Assembly (NCBI RefSeq): GCF_006345805.1
Contig: NC_043021.1
Coordinates: forward strand, 26,908,001 to 26,972,000
Length of the DNA stretch: 64,000 nt
Reading direction: 5' to 3'
From: Octopus sinensis
Lineage: Eukaryota
A program made the position numbers and the translations under genes. This document shows positions 13,669 through 27,540 of the stretch, piece after piece (the stretch's first letter is position 1; every line of letters starts with the position of its first letter). The notes beneath the pieces were generated by a model, which saw only the letters and a list, made by a program, of their open reading frames with translations, was not told the DNA's origin and did not search any database.

Positions 13669-14476
13669 TGCTTTTTTTTTTTTCAGTCATAGAGTTAGAT
13701 TTATGAAGGTCTTCAGTAGAAAATCCGTCGAATTCTGACTCGCTGCTTGATATAATGAAATTCGTATCCATTTTTTGTCAGAATTACAAATTTTGAAAAC
13801 ACAATAGGAACAAATTTCGGAAAAAAATCTCCCATAATTCACGGAATTAAAATTACACTTCGATTTTTGTACAAAACTGTATTTGAAGTGTTTACGAAGT
13901 ATAATACGAGTTTTCACGAATGTACTAAAGAGATTTACTCTGATATTCTCATTTAAATATGAATAGGTAAATTCGGGCGGTTTGGTAACGAAAGGGTTTA
14001 TATAAGTGTCGTCTGTTTATACATAAACACTGTTTCATACTTTCAGTTTAGTCTTCCTCAAATCACTCTGTCGCTAATTTTCTCTCTTCCAAGAACATTT
14101 TCACTCACTCTTATCTGTTAGCTTCCCATACATTTTACTCATGTATCTATCAGCGTGATAGACAGAAACAAATATTACATCTAGTTTCACTTTATTCGTT
14201 GTACACTGTGTGTGTGCGTTTGCGTGTGCTGTAAACCAGACTAAGAAAAGCATTTGACACACACACCAGAATGTGAGTTTTCTGTAAATTTTGCTTAATT
14301 GGAGTTTAAATTTTAAAAACTGGACCTGGCATGATGCGATGCATTGTACTCTTAAAAATGCTAGGTAAATTGTAATTGAAGAAATCCTATATTGTAGATT
14401 TCTATAACTCCCAAAGGGAGGCAGATAAAATCTGCCTTTTATAATAAGAGATATATGTATATATATATATATATTA

Positions 14477-14665
14477 GGAGTGGCTGTGTGGTAGGCATAG
14501 GAGCGATTGTGTGGTAAGTAGCTTGCTTACCAACCACATGGTTCTGGGTTCAGTCCCAGTGCATGACACCTTGAGCAAGTGTCTTTTACTATAGCCTCAG
14601 GCCAACCAAAGCCTTGGTGACTGAATTTGGTAGACGGAAACTGAAAGAAACCCGTCGTATATATG

Positions 14666-14707
<42 letters not shown>

Positions 14708-14905
14708 TGTGTCTGTGTTTGTCCCCCCAACATCGCTTGACAACCGATGCTAGTGTGATTACATTTCTGTAACTTAGCAGTTCAGCAAAAGAGACCGATA
14801 GAGTAAGTACTAGGCTTACAAAGAATAAGTCCTGGGGTCAATTTACTTGACTAAAGGCGGTGCTCCAGCATGGCCACAGTCAAATGACTGAAACAAGTAA
14901 AAGAG
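14477..14905 (+). mobile_element. SINE family A, complete copy with duplicated 5' head segment
   Basis: GGAGTGGCTGTGTGGTA..GGAGCGATTGTGTGGTAAG, then the full body to GACTGAAACAAGTAAAAGAG. Confidence 0.9.
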
Positions 14906-17229
14906 ATGTGTATATATATCGTCATCATTGAATCCTTTTCTATTCTAGGCACAAGGCTCGGAATTTTGGGGGATGGAGCCAGTCGATTAGATCGACTCCA
15001 GTATGCAGCTGGTACTTAATTTATCAACTCCAAAAGGATGAAAGCACAGTTGACCCCAGTGGAATTTGAACTCGGAATGTGAAGACAGACAAAATATCGC
15101 TATGCATTTCGCCTATTGTGCTAATGCTTCTGCCAGTCCACCTTATATATATGAAGGGCATGTTTTTATGTGTAAATGTGCGAGTGTGTGATTATGCATC
15201 CTTGCCATAACATCACATGATAGTTTTAATTGTCACTGTCATACAAGCAGTATCATTCATTTCTGATATTTTGTGAGAATATGTCTGGCCACGGAGGAAA
15301 TATTTCCTTGTTTGGACAAACAATCAATGGTTGGTGACAGGAATAGCATCTGTCTGTAGAAAATCTGCCTCAACAAATACCATGTGACCCATGAAATCAG
15401 AGAAAGTGGATATTAAAACCATGATGATGACGATGATAATGATGGAGGAGGAGGAGGAAAAGAATAAAATGTAAAGAATATTTAGAAAAAGAATAAAGAA
15501 TTTCAAATATGGAGAAAGAAAACTGCAAGATCAAAATAAATAAATAAATAAATAAAAAATCTCAACAGAAATTTAGAATTCAGCAGAAAAAGAATTGAAG
15601 AGGGCTGAAAACTGATAACATAAAATGTTCTTACATAAAATACAGTTCCATAGAAAAGAGTTTTGGAATAAATTTTAATGTCTTTTCTTGTAGATTATTA
15701 ATTAGTCATGCAAGTGAACTGGTGAGCTTTGAAAGAAAAAGAAAGAGAGAAATTAAATCTACTTCCTAAAATTATTTATCAGTTTGAATTAACTGAAAAT
15801 AATGAATAAATAACTAAATAAATGTTCCAAATTGTGACTGAAGACCAGCAATTTTAGTGGTGGAGGTGTGTGGTGGGGGAAGATTAGTTGGATATACAAA
15901 CCATCACCACCCCGCTCCTTCCTAGTATTTGTCTGGTGTTTTATTTTATCTAAATCTAAGAAAAAAAGATGAACGACAAAATTAACCTTAGCAGTATTTG
16001 AACTCAAAATGTGAAGAGCTCCACAGATTTGCTTGTCCATTGCTTGACCTAAACCAGTTGAGCATGTCCAGTGGTGACTGATGACATGTGCATCACTGAT
16101 CATGAACAGTAGTAGTGGGGGAGCATCATAGCCATGGGTTGAGGGGGGTTCTTTGGGGTTTGAATAATTCACCTCTGGAAACATCAGTGTTTTGTTCATC
16201 ATCCTTATAAAAACCCTTATTCAGGGACATTTTAAGCAGGATGGGTTACTCGGCCTCAAGAAAATTCTAACTGGGCCCCACCTGCAAGGTCATGTGCTGT
16301 TTATCTTGATATGAGATCACCATGTCACGCACATATTGTTGTGATACCTGTGCCTAGTGTACCCTTATCAGACAGGTAGTCGTGATGGGTATATTAGGCT
16401 TCATATATTTGTACTCCAATGTCACTTTGATGGCATGCAATGCTCTCTCACTCAATAATAATAAAAATAATAATAATAATGATAATCTTTTCTACAGTAG
16501 GCACAAGGCCTGAAATTTGGGGGAATGGATTAAGTTGATTACATTGACCCCAGTGCATAACTGGTACTTATTTAATTGACCCCAAAAGGATGAAAAGCAA
16601 AGTCGACCTCAGTGGAATCTGAATTCAGAACATAGCAACAGACAAAATATCGTTAAGCATTTCAGCAGGTGTGCTAATAATTCTGCCAGCTCACTGCCTT
16701 AATAATAATCTATAATAATAAATAGCAAGTTTGTGTGTTTGTTACTTTAACTCCTCTGAGACTATTCAAATGAAAAGGGCCTGCATATGGTACTGTTAAT
16801 GGAGGTTTAACAACATTGTTGTACACAAAAACCTGAGTCCAAGAAGTAAAGTTTCCTTCAAGGCAGAGTTAGAAATGCAATTGTCAAGTAGTTAAGAGGT
16901 TTTAAACAGGAGCGATATATTCAAAATTGGTAAAACTAAAAATTGTCGAGGATAAATTAAATTTATTATTGTTACAGAATATGTTAGGGTTATTTAATTT
17001 CTGAAAGGTTTTGCTGCCGTTTCTTTGTGTAGTTTGATTTGCTTATCCATCAGTTTCTACTAAGACAGAGACGTGAGTAAAATTAATAATACAGAAATGA
17101 AAATAAAACTTTTGAAACAGCAACACCGCCATAACTTATGTAGAAACCATGAGCCTGCTTTCCAGGGGAGATAATCAGAGAAAGACTTGAAAGTGAACAT
17201 AAGATCATAATACTTCATGTAAAATAAAG

Positions 17230-17427
17230 TAAATGTAACAAATAATCCAGAATCTTTGTCCAGTACCAGATTGATCCCAAAACCTAATCAGTCTGTGACA
17301 GTCATGAGGCCAAACATTCTTGTAAAGGTTCATCCAAATTCATTTGGCGGTTCTTGAGATATCTTGTCCAAGACAAACAAACATGACTGGATTCAATACC
17401 TCCACCTTCAATAAGGCTGAGGTAACA
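17230..17427 (+). mobile_element. Helentron-associated/DINE-like element 3' end
   Basis: ACAAACAAAC tract followed by terminal stem-loop ACCTCCACCTT-CAAT-AAGGCTGAGGT. Confidence 0.45.
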
Positions 17428-17429
17428 AT

Positions 17430-17988
17430 TTGCCCTGATGCCGTACCAGGCACTGGCTCTCATGGCTTTTGATCTTAACTGATTGGAAGTGTTATCATGT
17501 AAATTGTTTTTTCTTGGTATAAAAGATGGGCTACAGCAAATATCTGCTCAATACCACAGATTTGCTTGTCAATTGTTTGACCATAACACGTTGGTCATTG
17601 ATGATATGTGCATCTCTAACCATGAGCAGAAGTAGTTGGGGAGCATCATAGCCATGTGTTGAGAGGAATTCTTTGAAGCCTGAATAATTCACCTCTGGAA
17701 ACATGGGTGTTTTGTTCAACATCCTTAAACAACTCTTATTTGAGGACCATTTGAGTGGGATGGGCTACTTGACCTGAAGAAAATTCTAATGGGGCCCCAC
17801 CTGCAAGGTCATGTGCTGTTTATCTTGATATGAGATCACCATGTCGTGCACATATGGTTGTGATGCATGTGCCTGGTGTACCCTTATCAGACGGGTAGTC
17901 ATGATGGGTATACTGGGCTTCGTATATTTGTACCCCAGTGTCACTTTGATGGCATGCGCTGCTCTCTCACTCACTCAATAATAATAAT
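17430..17988 (+). mobile_element. retroposon family D (3'-anchored, (AAT)n tail); other copies at 16020-16460, 18078-18115, 37250-37520
   Basis: Copies of different length share the 3' end GCTCTCTCACTC(AAT)n, the 5'-truncation pattern of a retroposon. Confidence 0.7.
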
Positions 17989-19485
17989 CGTTTCAAATTT
18001 TGCCACAAGGGCAGCAATTTTGAAAGAAAAGATGAGTCAATTACATCAACCCCAGTTTCCAACTCAAAAAGGATGAAAGTCACCTTGATGGCATGCACTG
18101 CTCTCTCACTCAATAACAATCCTTTCTACTATGTGCACATGGCCTGAAATTTCAAAGGAGAGATTAGTTTATTAAAACAAGCTTAGTACTCAAATGATTT
18201 CATTGATCTCGAAAGGATGAAAGGCAAAGTCCACCTTGGCCAAAGTTGAACATAGAACATAAAGACAGATGAAATGTCACAAAGCATTTTGTTTTGCATG
18301 CTTACGATTCTGCCAGCACATCACCTTAACAACAGCAATAATAACAATAATAATGGTTTAAAATTTTGGCACAGGGCCAGCAGTTTCTGAGGGGAGGGAT
18401 AAATCAATTACATCAACTGCAGTACTTAACTAGTTCTTATTTTATTGACCCTGAAAGAATGAAAGAAGAAGTCAAGCTTGGTAGCATTTGAACTCAGATT
18501 GTAAAGCCTGAAGAAATGCCACAAAGTATGTAGCAGTTCGGCAAAAGAGATCGATATAATAAGTACCAGGCTTCAAAAAAGTACTGGGGTTAATATGTTT
18601 GACTTAAATTCTTTAAGGCATTGCTCCAGCATGGCCGCAGTCTAATGACTGAAACAAGTAAGAGATAAATCAATCAAATGAAATGCTAAAAAAGGGTTTT
18701 AAAAGGGTATCACACAAAGAAAAAACAAACATGAAAAGCTTTGAATGTAAATTCTTCCAATATGAAACGAACAGAAATATTCCGCCCCACCCCAACCAAA
18801 TTCTCCGCCTTACTCTACCCCTATTTTAAGGAAATCTCATGAACGAACATGTTACCCAGTCCCCCTCTCTACTCTAGCACCTTTATAATTTTTCTCCTCA
18901 GTTACTTTGACTCAACAAAATGCACATACATACATATACATGCATAGCAATACATACATACATACACATCCTCAGAGAAATGCAAACACACACATACACA
19001 ACATCATTCACATACACATATTCATACAGATTACATATATATACTTATGTGTATATACATCAACAGATGCACACACACACATACATACACCCACTCACGC
19101 AGTCAAATCCATATACAGACACCAACACCCATACACACATACATACAAAGAAATGCAAACACATATAAGCTCACACATGAATGTATATACCTTATATACA
19201 CATGTAGGCAAACACACACATGTATAAATGCCCACATGCCCACATGCATGCATATGTACGTATACACAGAGAAATTCAAATGCACATAGGCATACACATA
19301 CAGATATACACTATTGCACACATACACACACACATATATACATACACGCCCATACATGCATTCATACACATATACACCCATACATTCATATATACATGCA
19401 TACACATACATTTCCATACATTCATACATACACACATGCACGCACAAACATACATACACATACATACACACGTTCATATGAAATT

Positions 19486-19528
<43 letters not shown>

Positions 19529-20949
19529 GGATTCAGAGTGATGATAAAAAGACAAGCCAAAATCTCAGCCAAGTTTCAACATTATCGTGGGGGTGGGGGG
19601 TTCCTCCCTCCACCCCACCCCCACACCCCAAACCTGCTCCTGCCACCACCCTTCCCTCCTTCCTAATATAATTGGTTAAGTATATGTATCATTTGTGTGA
19701 ACGCGTGTATGTGTGTGTGCATGTGTATATGTGTGTGTGTGTGGAGCTTATTGATTTCAGATCTGTCTGTTCAATCAGCTGCCTCATTCATCAGACTCTT
19801 TCAGAAGTTTTTAGACAAACACTGTTTGTTGTTGTTGTTGTTGTTATTGTAGTGGTTATGATAGTTGTGATGATGATGATGATGATGACGACAGTGTTGG
19901 CAGTTGTTGGAACTGTGTTTATCATAGTAAAAATAGCTGTTAGAGTTGTGGTGATGGTAATTGTTATAGTAGTTGTTGTAGTAAAAGCAGTAGAAGTAGT
20001 AGTGGCAGTGATAGTAGCTATGGTAGTGGTAGAGGTTGTGGTGATAGTACTTGGAGATATAGTATGGCTGAGAGGTTAAGATGCTTGCTTCTCACTCACA
20101 TGGCATCAGGTCCAGTCTCACTACATGGCACCTGGGGCAAGTGGTTTTTTTTTACTTATATCCCAGGTTAAATTCGATAGTTTCTCTCTCTCAATATGTC
20201 TGGGTAAAACAGATTTCTCAGTAGCAGAGGAGGATCCCAATATCTCTGACAAAGTAGTGGAGAAGGCAACACTTCTAGGAGAATGATACACTTTTTTTTT
20301 TCTACTCTAGGCATAAGGTCCGAAATTTTGGGGGAGGGGGCCAGTCAGTTAGATCGACCCTAGTATGCAACTGGTACTTAATTCATCATCCACGAAAGGA
20401 TAAAAGGCAAAATCGACCTTGGCAGAATTTGAACTCAGAACATGAAGACAGACGAAATGCCACTAAGCATTTCGCCCAGTGTGCTAACGTTTCTACCAGC
20501 TCGTCACCTTAGGAAAATGATACTCTGACATAAAACTTGCAGTCGAAAATATTTACTCGTCATCTTGCAATGCTCGTCACTGGAACCTACTATGGTAAGT
20601 GAGAGACAGGCAAAAGTGCTGTACAAGCTTTTGTCACTTAAAATCAAATGACATGCATTTGTCTCACTATCATTTCACTTTTCTTTTTATCTGTTTTGTA
20701 TTTTATGAAGTCCTGTAACCATGGATATGCATGTGCATGCATTGATGAAAGTAAATCAAAGCAATCAGGCTAAATGTGAGATGGCTATCATCAGACAACA
20801 GGTGACAATCATCATGTAATTTATAAATTTCTATATAATTCCCTGTTCCATTATTGGTGGCATCAACATCAGTCCAGTGAAAGATAAATACTATTTAATA
20901 CACATGGGATTTAAATTCAAGCTACTATCCTGCACATATTAAATGATCT

Positions 20950-23415
20950 GTGTGTGTATGTGTGTAGTAACACAGGCAAAAACAATACATAAGCTTGCTA
21001 CGTGGTATGGAAAATCCAACATTTTGGAGGCCTTCTCCAGGGAAAAAATTTGAAGGGGGAGGAATTAATGAGACAAAGTAGAGTTTTACATCCCCTAAGT
21101 TATAAAAAACTGGTTGCAACTAATAAGGAATGCAAGACCATGGGACTTTCCATTCCTGCTGGCAAGTTCACCATACGCTGTGCATCTATTTTATTAAATA
21201 ATACAAGTGTTGTAGATCAACAACAGTCTTTTTGGAGTCTTTTCTATTATATATACATTATATATATACACACACACATGCACATATGCTATATACATAG
21301 ACACACATCCATATATATATATATATATGCATGTATGTGTGTGCATGTGTATATCTGTACATGTGAATTTTTATTATACATATACAGATGCATACATATA
21401 CACATGCATGCACATATATATATATATATGCATATATCAGTTTGCTTGTATATGTGCAAGCATCTGTGCAGAAGGCATATACATGCATATACTCATATCG
21501 AACACACACACAGGCACGCCCATGTGTGCGCATGCAAAGATGTAATTTTGCCAATATTAAGTTCTTCCATCAGAAGCTCTCTGCACTCTCTCTAACAAAT
21601 ACAAGAACAACAAAAGAAAAAAAAACAAAACAGCAAAAAACATTTTTATTTATTTAATATGTAAAAAATCTGCAGCAACAACATGCATCATTGCACCGGT
21701 GCATTCAAACGCAATAAGAACTTTTGATATCAAAGTCGCTATGTAATTCAACATCATTATCTCACAACTACTACCAGTGAATGGAATCTCTACATAGTTG
21801 ATCAGATTGCTTGAAAAAGCAACCAAATGTCCCTCAAATCATACTCTACTGCCTTAACACTTTGCCATTCTGTGTATTCTGTGATATGCAGGACATACAG
21901 GTTGTTTCGATTAAATTTGATGATTTTATTTTACTTTCCTTTTGAACAGCATGATGCATTGATAAACAGTCAATAGCGTTGGAGAGCATAGAGATTAAAG
22001 TTACAGTTGTGGAAAAGTTAGCTGGTATGAAGGATTAGAATTCATCTGAATACTGGAAAATATTGCATATGTCATGATGATTTGTGCTGGGTGTTAAATT
22101 CTGATGCCGTGACTGCAATAGAGACTATGAAGCCATGGGAGGCAGGAATAGACACAGGGGGTATTCTGACTGCATTTGCATGCCACACATATAACCCCAC
22201 ATCTTTGAACGGGGCTTTAGGCTCAATTTAGATTGCTACATGAAACTACTGAAGACTGTAGTTAAACCCTGGCTAGAGAGGGTCACTACTGGAAGGCCAT
22301 ATGTGCAACAGCAGGATTTGGCTCCTTGCCATACCTCCAGAAGAATCAGAAGTGGTTATTGGAAAATTTCCATCACTTCATCAGCACCAATTCCTAGCCT
22401 CCTGATTCTCTCCATTTGTAGTCCTATGCATTACTGTGTGTGTGTGTGGGGGGGGGGGGGGCACAGCTGAGAAAGACACCAACCACTCTGTCTGCAACAC
22501 CAAAGCTGAGTTAGTGGCCAAGATCAAGTAGGTGTTTGAAGATCTTCCTACAGACACAATTAGGAATGCATGCACCAGTTCCAAAGCCATCTTGAAGATA
22601 TGGTGGAAACTGAGGTTGGCTACTTCAAGTGAAATGTTATCTCCTAGCCATTATCTAGTTGGCATATTTTAAATTTTAAAAAAATAATTTTTTTTTCATG
22701 GGATATTGTTTTCTTTTCCTTTTATGCAAACTGTCAAATTTAACCTGAACACCCTGTGTTTTCCTAGAGTCCATGCATCATATATAATACACATTCCTAA
22801 TATTTTTTTCAACCACCAGAGTAACTTGGGACTTATGTAAAGAAAGTGTTATATTACTCAGGAAACAGGGGCTAACTATAAGTCTGAAATCAGGCATGGA
22901 TGTTCCAGACAAATTTATGAAAATGCTTTTGACAAGTGTTTAAAAATAACATTAAACATATTAAATTAAGTGAACCCAATTAACATATTTTTTGCTTCAC
23001 TGTGAAGAAAGTTTGATCAACTTGAGACACTAAAGCAAGATGTGATCCTCTAACTGTGTTAGATGCTGTCAAACCTTCCAGTCCATGCCAAAGTAGATGT
23101 GATTGATGATTTTGTGTGTGTGTGTGTATGTGTAATAATATAGACAAAAACAATACATGAGCTTGCTATGTGGTGTGGAAAATCCAACATTTTGGACAGG
23201 GGCTTTCTCCAGGAAAAAATCTGACAGGAGAGAAATTAATGAGACAAAGCAGAGTTTTACATCCCTTAAGTTATAAAAACTAGTTGCAACTAATAAGGAA
23301 AGCAAGACCATGGAATTTTCCACTCTTCATGGCAAGTTCACCATTATCTGAGCATCTATTTTATTAAATAATACAAGTTTTGCTGATGCAGATCAACACA
23401 AGTCTTTTTGGAGTT
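20950..23415 (+). repeat. two diverged direct copies of a ~290-bp sequence (20950-21240 and 23115-23415)
   Basis: Shared blocks, e.g. GGAAAATCCAACATTTTGGA, AGAGTTTTACATCCC and TCTATTTTATTAAATAATACAAG. Confidence 0.85.
21898..22756 (+). mobile_element. IS630-Tc1-mariner (maT/DD37D-like) remnant with degenerate TIRs
   Basis: VKPWLERVTTGRPYVQQQDLAPCHTS motif. Ends CAGGTTGTTTCGATTAAATTTGA and TCAAATTTAACCTGAACACCCTG. Confidence 0.7.
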
Positions 23416-24115
23416 TGTTGTATTATATATATGATGATGATGATGATATATATATACACACGTATGTGTGTGTGTATATGTGTATATGTCAACACATATC
23501 TGGACATGTGAGTTTCTGTATATATGTGTGTATGTGTGTTTGTGTGCCTGCATGAGTGTGTGTGTGCATATGTTGGTGAAGGTGTGGCCATGAGGTAAGA
23601 AGTTTGCTTTCCACACTTATGGTTTTGGGTTCGGTCCCATTGCATGGCACCCTGGGCAAATGTCTTCTACTATGACCTTGGGTTGAGCAAAACCTACCTA
23701 GTGAGTGAATTTGGTAAATGGAAACTGAAAGAAGCCTGTTGCACCTATATACATTTGTGTACGTGTGTGTGTGTGTATGTGTGTGTCCCCACAATTGCTT
23801 GACAACCGATGTTGATGTGTTTATGTCCCTGTAACAAAAGAGACTGACAGAATAAGTACTAGAGTTACAAAGAATAAGTCCTGGGGTTAAGGCAGTGCAC
23901 CAGCATGGCCACAGTCAAATGACTGAAACAAGTAAAAGAATGTGTCTGTGGACAGTTTGACTGCCTTCGTGTTAATTCAGGTGATCAACCCACAAATCCC
24001 CATCCACACACATATACAACATATATACTAGCTTGCAGAATGGACATTAAGTGATGATGATGAATATGTGTATAGGTGTGTGTGTGTCCTCTGTATCTAT
24101 ATGTATGATTATATT

Positions 24116-24146
<31 letters not shown>

Positions 24147-24152
24147 TATTTT

Positions 24153-24430
24153 TGTGTCTGGAGAGAGTCATTCTCTTTTATTGACTTAACACACTCACTG
24201 GTTCAATTTCCACTCATTTACTTCTTTATTTTTCTAAAATCTTCGTTGCATCTTGGCTACCTTTTCAATAGTCGATAACTATTGAAAAGAGACAATGACT
24301 AATGACTATTGAAAAAGTTGCAAGACGTAATGGAAATTTTAGAAAAAATAATAAGTAAATGAGTGGAAATCAAACTGGTGAGTGTGTTAAATAATACGAC
24401 ACTAAAAGAGAATGACTCTCCCCAGACACA
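24153..24430. repeat. diverged inverted repeat (~120-bp arms)
   Basis: TGTGTCTGGAGAGAGTCATTCTCTTTTA... versus ...TAAAAGAGAATGACTCTCCCAGACACA. Confidence 0.85.
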
Positions 24431-24493
24431 ACAGAATATGCTTCAACACACGAATTCACTTAAAGAACCTTGCAAACCAAATACAAAAATGAA

Positions 24494-24530
<37 letters not shown>

Positions 24531-24798
24531 GTAAATGAAAGATGGAATATACAAGAATTTTTATTGACCACAACAATTGTTTTGACACATCTAACATACA
24601 GTCCTCATGGATGGGCCACTTAATAACTGGTTCAGTAGCATTGAGCGGCGCATATATGTCTCCTTGGGTGATAAATAGATATAACTCGTTAAAATAACAG
24701 TTCTGTAATGTATCTTCTCATTTTATAGAAAGAAAAACAGCAAAACAAAGGAAATATTTTCATTTATATAGAAGATTAAAAACAAAATCACAGATGTG

Positions 24799-24836
<38 letters not shown>

Positions 24837-24984
24837 TATATAGATATGTATGTATATGTATGACGTTAAAATAATAAAATAACAGAAATAAACAAATGAA
24901 GAAAAAAATAGAGTTGATGCTTATTTAGCAAAAAGAAAGAAATAAAATGACTATCCTGAAATAGAACTAAAGTGAGATGACAGC

Positions 24985-25357
24985 CATGGCCAATGCCAGT
25001 GTTGCATCTCTGGCCCGTTTAGAAGTACCCTTGAGAAGACCTGTTGAGTCAAGTAAAAGCAAAAGCATAGTTGTGGCCAGTGCACCCTGACTGGCTCCCA
25101 TGCTGGTGACATGTAAAAAGCACCATCCAAACATGGCCGATGACAGTGCCCCCTGACTGGCTACTGTACCGGAGGCATGTGAAAAGCACCCACTACACTC
25201 TTGGAGTGGTTGATGTTAGGAAGAGCATCCAACTGTAGAAACATTGCCAGATCAGATGGGAGCCTGGTGCAGTGCTGGCTTTCCAGACCTCAGTCAAACC
25301 ATCCAACCCATGCCAGCATGGAAAACAGACGTTAAATGATGATGATGATGATGATGA
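24985..25357 (+). mobile_element. RTE family 1 3' tail fragment (similar short tails at ~9245-9393, 40215-40428, 51079-51300, 55380-55500, 59638-59785)
   Basis: Shared terminal sequence ...CCAACCCATGCCAGCATGGAAA..GACGTTAAA(TGA)n. Confidence 0.8.
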
Positions 25358-25836
25358 TATAAATATATACATTATATGTGTGTGTGTATGTGAAGTATAT
25401 TACAGAAAGACAAAGAGAAGAATCATATACATCCATACCACATATAAATTTGATACATTCTTTTTTTTGTACAAACTTAAAAAAATATAAGACATCAACA
25501 AAACATAATGTCAAGGTATGAAATACTTTAGATTAGAGTAAACATCAAATGTAACACCTGGTCAGTGAAGAGTTTAAAAAAAATATAGGATACAATATAT
25601 ATCAGAAAAGAACAAACAAAATACCTGGTGTGATTAAGCATGTAATAATTCTAGTATTATTAAACGTGGAAGTGTATATATGATGTATTTATGCATGAGA
25701 GCATGTCTCCTTGTCTTTCTTTTTCACACACACACACATACACAAAGCTGTGTACATTCATATTTAACATGCTCATGCATATGGATGTGTGCGTGTGTGT
25801 GCATACACACATATTTATGTCTGTGATGAATATATG

Positions 25837-25888
<52 letters not shown>

Positions 25889-26289
25889 CTGAGTATGTTT
25901 ATAAAAGTATATGTGTGTGAATGCATGCATGCACGCATGTATGTGTGCGTGTATATATATTTATACACACACAAACACACTTTTATGTCTGTAAATATAT
26001 TTATATATATCTGTGTCTACACACACAGACCTATCCACACACAAATATAAACATGTCAGTAATCTCTTTCTTTTGTGACTCTTGTACCTTTGAAAGAAGA
26101 AACAACTACAACAACAACCGCTGCCGCCGCCACGATGGTGATGATGTTTGTGTGTGGTATGCATTTGTCTGTGTGCGTGTGTGTGTGTTAGCTTGTGTCT
26201 GTATACAAACACTACATACTCACAAACAAACATATGAACAATTACAGCTCAAGTATTGTTATTTGTGTGCAGTATGTATGTGTGTATGA

Positions 26290-26880
26290 ATGTATATATA
26301 CATACATACATATATACATACATACATATATACATACATACATATATATATACATACATATATATATACATACATATATATATATACATACATATATATA
26401 TACATACATACATATTATATACATACATATATATATATACATACATATATATATACATACATATTATATATACATACATATATATATATACATACATATA
26501 TAATATACATACATATATAATATACATACATATATATTACATACATATATATATACATACATATATATATACATACATATATATATATACATACATATAT
26601 ATATACATACATATATATATACATACATACATATATCATACATACATATATATATACATACAATATATATATACATACATATATATATACATACATATAT
26701 ATATATACATACATTATATATACATACATATATATATACATACATATATATTATACATACATATATATTACATACATATATACATACATATATACATACA
26801 TACATATATACATACATATATTACATACATAATACATATATACATACATACATACATATATATATACATACATACATATA

Positions 26881-26914
<34 letters not shown>

Positions 26915-26936
26915 CATACATACATACATACATATA

Positions 26937-26972
<36 letters not shown>

Positions 26973-27160
26973 TACATACATATATACATACATACATACA
27001 TATATACATACATACATACATATATATATACATATATACATACATACATACATATATATACATATATATATATATACATACATATATATATATACATACA
27101 TATATACATACATATATATATACATACATATATACATACATACATACATACATACATACA

Positions 27161-27194
<34 letters not shown>

Positions 27195-27212
27195 CATACA
27201 TACATACATACA

Positions 27213-27246
<34 letters not shown>

Positions 27247-27308
27247 CATACATACATATATACATACATACATATATACATACATACATACATACATACA
27301 TACATACA

Positions 27309-27342
<34 letters not shown>

Positions 27343-27497
27343 CATACATACATATATACATACATACATATATACATACATACATATATACATACATACA
27401 TATATACATACATACATATATACATACATACATATATACATACATACATATATACATACATACATATATACATACATACATATATACATACATACAT

Positions 27498-27531
<34 letters not shown>

Positions 27532-27540
27532 GTATGTATA
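26290..27540. repeat. ~1.25-kb compound (TACA)n/(TA)n microsatellite
   Basis: Direct reading; source of many spurious ORFs. Confidence 0.97.

Noticed and set aside
15694-20593. Plus-strand micro-exon candidates (15694-15721 and 20542-20593)
   Set aside because: Good GT/AG signals, but no recognisable peptide, and such pairs are expected by chance in 64 kb.
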